Source: Lama glama
Lineage: Eukaryota
NCBI GenBank assembly: GCA_028534125.1
Contig: CM052816.1
Span: 82,090,001-82,150,000, forward strand
Reading direction: 5' to 3'
DNA: 60,000 nucleotides
In this document: positions 50,791 to 60,000 of the stretch, piece after piece
Layout of the letters: each line of letters begins with the position of its first letter
How positions within the stretch are numbered: position 1 is the first letter of the stretch
Made by a program: the position numbers and the translations under genes
Notes under the pieces: model-generated
Database searches by the model: none
Seen by the model: only the letters and a program-made list of their open reading frames with translations
Told to the model about the DNA's origin: nothing

Positions 50791-53700
50791 ATGTATTTTT
50801 GGATCACTGTTGAGGCCAATGCAGACAAAATGGACAAGTCAAGGAGGACCTCTCGGTGAAGATCTGACATTTTTTCATTGGCTACTCACATTCTTACTTG
50901 GAAAACTAGTTTGAACTTTCATTTATTTTTGGAATATTTCAAGCTTAATGAGGACACTTCTGCTTCTAAATTGGGAAGATTAAATGTTTCTGTCCTGGAG
51001 GGAAGGTGTAGCCAAAAATGTTTTCAAGAGGTTAAGGGTGCATTCAACATGTGTCCACTTGAGGGAGCTCCAAGATTTCCCCAAAGCCTTGGTCTCCTCA
51101 GCCTTTTTAGCCCTGGGACAGGGCGCCCAGGACACTGGGCTTGGGTTACTTACACTGTGGAAGAAAGGAGTTAAATGTCCAGAGTTAAAGTTGAGAAAAA
51201 AAGTACTGGGTAGTAAAACTGATGATTACTTTACTGTTTTCCAGTTATGTATTTAATTGAGGGGAACAGAAACACTTTCTGGGGCACTTCAAACAGCCCA
51301 GCTTGAAGCACAGGAATTAGCATAAAGTGAAATATTTATGGGAGCTTAATACTGTTTAAGACTCATTTTCTCCTTGCCTTAAGACAAGAAGTCAAATTAA
51401 CCATTTCTAATTGAAGAGTTGGAAACAAAGTGGTGTGAGAACAGAAGTAGGAGCTGAACGGGAATGTCTCAGTTGTGAGGTGTGGAAAAGTTATCTGACA
51501 TAAGGGTCAAGAATGGGAAGATACAAAAGAATCCCCGTGGAACAAGAGAAGCAAATGAGGATGATTTAAAAAGAAATCTTATTATGATAGGCTTACTACC
51601 ACTCCTTCCTAAATGCATATTTTTCCTTTTAGGGCAGAGTTCTAAAATTGGACATGATAATGCCCCTTTGTCTCTCTGTCAGTGGTTCAGCTACAAAGGG
51701 AGCATACATGCATTATTTAAAATGAACTGGGATCACTTTAAGTTTGAGTCTTGGGAATTCTGGCCCAGAGGAACAGCCATTCATTAAGGATATCAAAAAG
51801 GAACGAAATTCCCAAAGCCCAGTGAAGACACAATCCTGGGGGCTCCAGGCCACTCTTCTCCTTATTTCTAAACCCACTATATGGAGACACAATGATTTGC
51901 TTAAAATACCAATTTTATGCACACATTTTAATTTTAATTGCATCATGAGTGAACTGTTAAAAAAAAGAGTTTGAACATTCGGCCCTTAAATCATTATAGG
52001 CTGAATCATCACTAGAGATTGCCACCCAGAAGAAAAGGAAAATATTGCATTAGAATATACTTCCAACAAATGAAAACTGTAATTAAAATATAATCATGTG
52101 ATTAGAAGTAAATTAAAAAGAGAACATCAGGCTTCCAGTATAATCTTTATATGCTTAGATCTTAAATTTTAAAGAGTTTGTCTACCCTAACACAGCTTTA
52201 AGCATTTTTTGCACAGATTCATGCCAATCTTTTCATTCACAGTTCATGAAATCTCATTAATTATTTCTTTATTAATTAACATATCATATTTTCACCTGAG
52301 TGATATATTGTATTTTTAGGTTACTTCTGTATGCATCTCAAATTTCCCTTCATCATTATCTTGATTTTGACTAAACTGAATGGATTTGTTGTGCTACATG
52401 AGAACAGAATCAGGATTATCCTGCAGGCGGTTTTTAAAATCATTTTTTGTTTGTTTGTTTGTTTTTGGTTATTTCTATTTTTCATGGCGCATTTGTTTCT
52501 TTTTGCTCTGCCTATATGTTTCTTCTCTCATTTTTCATTAGTCCATTACCTCATGGTCTTAAACACCTTCTGCTGTTTCCTTAAAGATTAAATAAGGTAA
52601 TATAGCTGTTGAGGAAGCTTTTATGCTTCTGTATTCTCTTTTAGAAAATAAATTGGAAGCATATTTTAATGGTGTTTAACATAAAGGGTTTTGATACATA
52701 CTCAGAGAGGCTGTTTCTTTGGCAAGTGGAAATGAGCCAGGCTTTCAGGAGATTTTCTCTGTCTGTGCTGGCTACACAGACAAGCCTGTGCACAGTCTGC
52801 TTACACCATATCCGTCTTCCCTTAGTGCATTCTCTACGTCTTTCTTTTCAACTAGACAGAGAGGACTTTCTTCTTGTGTATACTGAGTTAATCTTTTGAT
52901 TTGCAATAGTAGACCCTCAACATTACCCTGAATGAGTGAGTACTTGGAGGAATACAGCAGGATCTAGGCTTTTAAACTACTGCTTCTAAATTGGGACTTC
53001 AGGGCCTTCTGTGCGAAAGAGAAAGCGAATGCGCTTCCACTGGGGTATTCTGTGATGAGTGGGATCATTGTTATGTTGACTTTGTTGTGGAGACAGGCCA
53101 CAGTGGCAGCAAAGATAGCTGCAGCCAATTAAACTCCAGTGCGGCATTCAAAGGATATGGAAGATAGAATTTAATTATGAAACAGACGACACTACTCAAT
53201 CCTAATTGTCATACCAGGATCCAAGTTGAAGGGTTATTAATTACCAGCCAGGCAAACGGATGGCAAAGCACCTTACGTCACCAAGGGCAAAAAGCATCAG
53301 GCCACAATTACACCTTAGTAATTCCAACTAGGAATAACAAACTCAGAAACAAATAGGAACTTCTTTTTATGTTCTGTCACATGAAGCAGTGGGAAACATT
53401 TATTCACTTACTACGATTGTAGGCAATTGGATCTCTCTCTCTCATAGTTAATTCATTTACTAAGAAACCTTTAGGTGGAACTCTCCAGTTTCTTTCATTC
53501 CCACAAGTATTTTCAGGGTTACAGTTCTTTTTTACACAAAAAATTAACCACACTTACTGGTTTAGCCAATAATATCAGGGGAACTGGAGACCTATAAAAG
53601 CTTCCAAATTGGCACCAGTCATACAGTCGTAAGAGCCAAGCTGCCTTAACAACTTGTTACAAATGCCTAACAGCTCCAGAGAGAAAATATTTTCCCGAGC

Positions 53701-54104
53701 CTACACTTCCTCATCTGTTTTGCTTTCCTGAAAACTTCACAAAGATAACGGGCAATAAACCTCATTTCCTATACAATCTATTTCAGCCAAACATTTAATT
53801 TCTAACCAGTAGGGTGACCAGAGGTGGAGAACAAGAGGTCTGTTATATAGAATAGAAAAGCATAGGAGTTGGAGTCAAAACACTTGGTTTGCAGTCCTTA
53901 CTTTGCTCCTTCTTTCTTTATTACCGAGTAAGTCCCTTAACTTTCATTAGATTTAATTTTTGGAGACTGAATGGAGCTCCACAGGTGGTTACGTAGATTG
54001 AGAAAGATAACATGGTTAGGGTAGTTGGTAACTCTGAAAGGCCATAAATTGCTATTTAGTGTTACATGAGATTGGAGCTGTAGCAACAGAATGGGAAAAG
54101 AAGT

Positions 54105-54335
54105 GCCCTTAATTGAACATCTACTAAGTGTCTATCTATCATTATGCTAGGTACTTTCATATTTTTATGCTCTATATGAGGCATGATTTTCTCCATATTT
54201 CAGGTGAGGAAATGCTCAAGAATTGATTAAATAACATGCCTAACATGCCTAAGGTCACACAGCTTTGTTATTGGCAAAGTTGGGATGGGAATCAAGGTAT
54301 GTCTAGCCCTAGGATCGCACTTTTTTCCATTCCTC
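54105..54335 (-). mobile_element. MIR SINE
   Basis: ttgaacatctactaagtg...ccatatttcaggtgaggaaa...gcctaaggtcacacagct. Confidence 0.65.
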
Positions 54336-54408
54336 CAAGTTTGGAATCGAGGTATATGTAGTTTTCTTCTTCAATTGATTCAACTCACGAGTTCTGGCAC
54401 AGGAGATG

Positions 54409-54930
54409 TGTGGTTGGCAGAGTAATGCCCCTAAAGATGTCCATGTTCCAATCCCCAGAACCTGTTACCTTATGTGACAACCCTAGAATATGTTACCTTA
54501 CGTGGCAAAGGCACTTTGCATATATGATTAAGTTAAGGATCTTGAGATATGGAGATTATCCTGGATTATCTGGATGGGTCCAGTATAATCACAAGAGATT
54601 AAAAGAAGGAGTCAGGAAGATTAAAGAAAGAGATTTGATGATGAGGCACAAGTCAGAGAGAAAGAGAAAGAGATTTGAAGATGCTGCACTGCTGGCTTTG
54701 AAGATGGAGGAAAGGACCATGAGCTAAGGAATACTGGTGACCTCTAGAAATTGAAAGAAGACAAGGAAACGGATCCTCCCCCACAGTCTCTAAAGGCAAC
54801 AGGCCTTACAGACAAGATGATTCTAGTTCAGTGCCATTTCTGATCTATGAAACTGTGAGATAATAAATTTGTATCTGTTAAGTCACTAAGTTGTGATAAC
54901 TTGTTACAGCTGCAACAGGCAATTAATACG
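54409..54930 (+). mobile_element. MLT1D-like MaLR solo LTR
   Basis: tgtggttggcagagtaatgcccctaaagatgtccatg...gttaaggatcttgagatatggagattatcctggattatc...gctggctttgaagatggagg...ttgttacagctgcaacaggcaattaatac. Confidence 0.88.
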
Positions 54931-56968
54931 GGATCCTCGTCTTTTCCAGGGCTCTCAAGCTTTGCTTGTCCAGATGTAGGGTGGTTCAGGTAGAATTCCT
55001 TAACTCAGGAGGTGGATGGATCATGGGAGCTGGGCAGTTGGACAGGCAGGGAGTGAGTGTCTGAGAAGCAAAACCACATCTTATGGCTGAGATGGGATCT
55101 ATACTTGCTTTTTTTAGAGAAATAAAGTTGGAGTTGGAGCCCATAGATATGTAAATTCTGGAGGAAGCCTTAGCCTGTGAGGCTTAGCAGGAGGTAAAGG
55201 AATTAGGGTGTTCACCTCTGATACTCCGTATCAGAGTATAGACCAGGAAGTCTATACTGTAGAACTCTGGGAAAGAGTCAGGAAATGTTTCTGTTCCAGA
55301 ACATAAGGAACAGTGACCTCCCCAAATTGCAAAGCTCCTAACCCTCAAATATGTATATTTATTTATTAAGTCTATCCATGTACTTCCATACTAACATTCA
55401 GTATATGGTACTGAGCAAATAAAAAATACAAATTGAAAGTATATGTGACCAAAAATAATTAATTTAGAAGTCCAACCATTTTCTTCCCAAACCCCAACAG
55501 ATTATCTTCTGCATTCACTGCAGAATGGTGTAGAGCATGGAAGAGGTGTGGGAAAGCAGGATTTGATGGGTAGAGGGTGCCGCATTCGTATTTTCCTTTC
55601 CTCGTCTGTTGCCCAATTTAGTTCAAGAAAGGGGGTGAAGTGGGAAAGAATGAGAAGAAACCTCCACTCTTCACTCCGAGTTAGCACATGATCGAGGTAA
55701 GGAGATCGTGGCCTTTGATGGTTGAGAAGCCCTGCTTTAAGGGAAGAGTGTCTGCATGTAACACACTGCTAGCCGGAGGGGCACAGTTTCTAAGGAGGAA
55801 TAATTTTCAGGCTTCGAGATTATGTGGTTTGAACAGATTCATCATTTTTCTATGAAAGTCATGAGATCACATTTCTTCACCTTTGATTCTGAGGAGCTTA
55901 AGGTACTGCAAAATCCTTAATTAGTTTTACAGGGTGATTTGACTGCATAATAATGAGGATTGTGGGTTTCGCCGTTCTCATTTTTCTTCTTCAAAGGACT
56001 AATTTCCCACAACATATTTGCGGTCCCAAACAATTTCTGAAAATAACGAGGATAATGAGTTTGTGTCTCTAGTTTGTAAAAGCATTTCACCAGTTCAGAA
56101 GGAGGATGAACCTACAGCTTTCTTGCCATCAGCCCCCTGCAGGGAGAAGCAGTCAAGGAAGTGAGCGCACCTTGGAGAGAAGCAAAAAAGGACTAGAAGT
56201 AGGAGAACTGGGCTCTGGTCACAGACTCTCCATAACTTGCTGTGTGAACCCAGTCAAGTGGCACAACCTCTCTGTGCCTTGCTTTTTGTAAGAGAGGAAA
56301 CATCATATTAGAAGAGATGATCACTTATATCCCATCCTTAAGAAATAATCTATTTGTATGCCCTACTTATGAGATACCAGAGTGTATTTTCTATGAAACA
56401 AGAATATTTCTTTTCAAATTTTCATTATCTAGTGGGCTACTCAATTATATCTAAGCTGAAAAGTGTTAGATGGTATTTGAGGAAAAACCCTACCTTAGTA
56501 CAGTAAAGGATTAAGGCAGAACCAGGACTCTGTATTTCTCTTGCTAATTAGATCTGGGGCATGATGAACAAAGTCAGTATTTGGCTTGGGAATGCTGGTC
56601 CATCTACTTATGAGCTATACAAATTCAGGAAAGCTATTTAACCTTTGTACTCTTCAGATTCTTATGCACAACATGGAAAAAGTTATACCTACTGTGCAGT
56701 ATCACTGTGAACACCTGAACGTGTAACATAGTTTGTATCGCATGTGTCTGGAATGGGCTCTCATGTTGTGTCTATAGCAGTAATCATATCATCAAGCCCT
56801 CAGGATACATCACTTACACCCTCCGAGACTCTGAGGGATGATGTAAGCCCTCTGCATTTGTTTTATGCAGCCTCTTCTATAAACACAAGGCCCAGAGTCA
56901 TTTATGCATCAAGATAGAGCCATATAAAGACATGATTACCAGAAAATCATTCACTGGACAGTTCAAAA

Positions 56969-57183
56969 CAGGGTTTCACAGCCTCAGCACGACTGAGTTT
57001 GGGCCAGACAATTCTGTGTTGTGGGGCTGTCCTGTGAACTGCAGGATGTTTAGCAGCATCCCTGGCTTCTACCCACTAGATGCCGGTAGCACGCACATCT
57101 GAGTAGTTAAGAGCTAAAAGTGCCTCCAGACATTGCCAAATGTTCCCTGGGGGGCAAAAATCACTGCAGGTTGGGAACCACTG
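56969..57183. mobile_element. MER20 hAT-Charlie MITE, full length
   Basis: cagggtttcacagcct...gtttagcagcatccctggcttctacccactagatgcc...tccagacattgccaaatgttccctgggggg...gttgggaaccactg, with terminal inverted repeats. Confidence 0.9.
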
Positions 57184-57289
57184 CCGTAAATGATGAGCTA
57201 AACAACATAGAGAACTAGACTAAAATATAAATATTGCAAGATTACTTGATATATTCATAAAGACTGAAAATGCTAGTCAGAATAGTGAA

Positions 57290-57510
57290 AAAGCTTGTCT
57301 CTGGAAACTTGGAATTTCACTCTACTTCTAGCTTTTCATGTGACTTTAGATAATTTATTTAACCTCTCGAAGTTCAAGCTCTCTCACTTGTGAAACGGGG
57401 ATAATAATCATACACGTCTAACAGGTCATTGTGAGGATTAAATGAGACAACGTCAAGATGTCAGGCCCACCAAAACACTCGGTAAATGTTGATAATTATT
57501 CTTTCATTAT
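57290..57510 (+). mobile_element. MIR SINE
   Basis: tgtgactttagataatttatttaacctctc...tgaaacggggataataat...ttgtgaggattaaatgagacaa. Confidence 0.7.
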
Positions 57511-58639
57511 TATTTATCACCACTACTGCCAACACCACCATCAGCATTCTGGATAGATTTTCTCTATGCAGTACTGCAGTGTTTCTCAACAACTGGGTAT
57601 AGCTTTTAAAAAGGAATTATTTGGGAAAATACATTTTAACTCTTTTATAGGATTTCAAACTTCAGCCTTCTAAATGAAAGGCTCATCAAAATACCCATCC
57701 CTTTTCTTTGGCCTCATTCATTCATTAGTAATCATTATGTTGGACACAGTTAAATATGCATTTCATCCAGAGACGCCTACAGGGAATCCAATGCAACATA
57801 TACTAGCAAAACCAAAATGTAATGTTAATGGAAATTAATGAAAGACAAATCATTCTATAGCACACTAATGAGTTTTTTTAAGAATTAAATCACCGAAAGC
57901 TGCACATTTCACAAAAAATTACTAAGAAGAATAAAATAAGAATCTCATTAACTATTTAAACAAAGTACTGGATTTATAAACCTCCTAAGTTCCACATTAG
58001 AGAGCACAAGTATGTTTCCCAGAAGGAGGGATAATGTTCCAAAGCTTCCGTTTTCCCCAAATCCTAATTTTATTAGCAGCAACGTAATTAATTTTTGTGA
58101 CAACAAATTCTTCAAGGAGAAATAAATACTAAGCCAGACCCATGAAGGCAAAGTGGTTCAAGAAAAGGAGATGAGAATACATAAAGGGAGCCTTAAGAGC
58201 AATTTTTATCCTCCACTATGAAACTACGTTCTTAAACCTGGTTCACTTTCAACGGGCTTCTAAACGAATCTCTACTGCTCAAAAGATAAAGATGGTCTCC
58301 GTAAGCTTGCAGACATACACTTGGGGAAGAAAATGGGAGGGATTTCTTTTCAGGTGCTGAAAGACATTGTATAGGTTAAAGGAGTGAAGAGATTGCTAGA
58401 AAGAAAACTCTGTGTGTGCGTGTGTGAGAGACAGAGATAGGACTGAAGGTGTTGCAGAAGGACAGACTTCATTATCTCAAAAAATCAGGACTTTGCAAGA
58501 GAATAATGTAGTCTCTTGAATATTTAATGATCATAGCATTAATCAGGATAATGCACAAGATTAATAAAAACAGAAGGTGACCTAAAATTTATGTTAGATT
58601 GGCTTAATTTCATTTTTGCTATGTGCAATTAATGAATAG

Positions 58640-58850
58640 AGGCTCTGTGGAATTAGACAGACTGTGATTTAGGTTATAAAACCATTATCAACTAATTGTC
58701 CCAACTTAAGTAAGTTTCTTAACTTCTTTGTATCTCTATTTTCTCATCTGTATAATGAATCTAAATATTTATATATTTATATCTTAAAAATATTGAGAAG
58801 ATTAAGTGAGATAAAGTGTACTAAATTCTTAGCATTGAACTTGGCACTCA
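58640..58850 (+). mobile_element. MIR SINE
   Basis: aagtttcttaacttctttgtatctctattttctcatctgtataatg...gaagattaagtgagataa. Confidence 0.6.
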
Positions 58851-60000
58851 GGAGGAGATTCTCATACAGATATCTGAGTCATCAAAAGAAAATATTTTCA
58901 TGTTAAGCTCAATATAATGTCCTCTTTTGGAATGTTTTTTAAATTGAAAAACTTTCTGTAGCATTATCCTCTGCAAAGTAAAATGCATAAAATTTGATAT
59001 GAGTCACAATAGAAAAATAAGGGACTCATATCTAATTTGCTCTCTCTGATTTATGTGCAGGCTAACTTTTATATCTATATCAATCACGTTTGTAAGATGG
59101 CAGAATTACATTCTTAGAGTAAGGAAAAACTGACTTTAAAGAATGTTCACTTGATGTGAGAGTTTGATCATTGCATATAATATATTAAAAGCTATATATT
59201 TCAAATATTAAAACACCCCTAAAAGTAGCGAATGTCCTTATCCAAAAAAAGGTAAGTTATTTGGGTTGTTTTAAGATTTATTTTTCTTCTAAGGAGTTTT
59301 ATAAAAAACTTGGTTTGGAAAATCATTTCCATTCTTATAAATGCAATGGGAAAAGTATTTCATACTTTTATTGAAAATGCAAAAAGAAAGACAAATTACA
59401 CGTACTGAGAGCTTACTAACTGAAGAAAGCATCACCGATGGTCTTGCATATAGTTTTGCCTAAAATTCGTGCACAAAGTACAGCAGTTGTGATCTCTATT
59501 TTTGCAGATAAAAAGAACTAAAATTTAAAGAACCTGGGGAGCCACCTATCTCAAAGACTCACAACTAGTAATGGCCAATTTGGAAGTGTAATAGTTGTAT
59601 AATACTCTACAACCCAAGTTTTTCTTACTACAGTCATCATCCTGCCTTTCCTTGACAAGCCTCCTTCCAACACTTTAAACAAACAATATTCATACTCATT
59701 AGCTGATTAACGTTCCTGAATCTGTTAACTCAAACTTTTCATAAAAGCGATGTCATTTATTCTATTTTGTAGATGAACAAATGATGAATTAAAAAACCAA
59801 GTGCAAGATGGCACATCGTCATCAAATTCTATCACAACTCTCAGTCGAGTTTTCTGATTCTTTCCAATTCCTCGCAAAAGTCATCAGTCTTTGATGACAG
59901 CCTCCTCTCAAGTGTGTTTTAATAAAGTGTTTAATAAAGGATGATAAAAGTCTTCATCAATGATATGAATTTTCTGAGTATCTGGAGAACTGTTCCCACT

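Noticed and set aside
54410..54727. 105-aa plus-strand ORF
   Set aside because: Lies entirely within the MLT1D LTR.
56806..56850. Imperfect hairpin tacatca...ccctc/gaggg...tgatgta
   Set aside because: Short and bulged, not pre-miRNA-like; expected by chance in 60 kb.
1..60000. CRISPR arrays, operons, prokaryotic defence systems, CpG-island promoter
   Set aside because: Eukaryotic intron-type DNA with no repeat-spacer array and no gene-dense region. It is CpG-depleted throughout, so the CDH6 promoter is not visible here.

Overview
Mammalian genomic DNA, probably a camelid: it carries two tRNA-Ala-derived SINEs that resemble the Camelidae Vic-1 family. The only protein-coding gene I can support is cadherin-6 (K-cadherin, CDH6) on the minus strand. 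Five internal exons (human-numbered 3-7; 295, 120, 168, 188 and 254 nt) lie at 2093-12293. They have GT-AG boundaries and splice into one open frame covering most of EC1, EC2, EC3 and part of EC4. Downstream exons lie left of the window. The first coding exon (signal peptide, prodomain, WMWNQF) is not visible on either strand in the remaining ~47.7 kb, which contains two 500-N scaffold gaps. The rest is AT-rich intronic-type DNA with interspersed repeats: a solo ERV1-type LTR with 4-bp TSD, two L1 3' fragments with TSDs, an ERVL/MaLR internal remnant, MLT1 LTRs, L2, MIR, hAT MITEs and microsatellites. I see no convincing novel biological system. The best leads are the missing exon, an intact antisense solo LTR, unusual splice-site architecture at exons 6-7, and a dense hairpin cluster at ~55.2 kb. 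Repeat family names and the human CDH6 comparisons are from memory, not from database searches.
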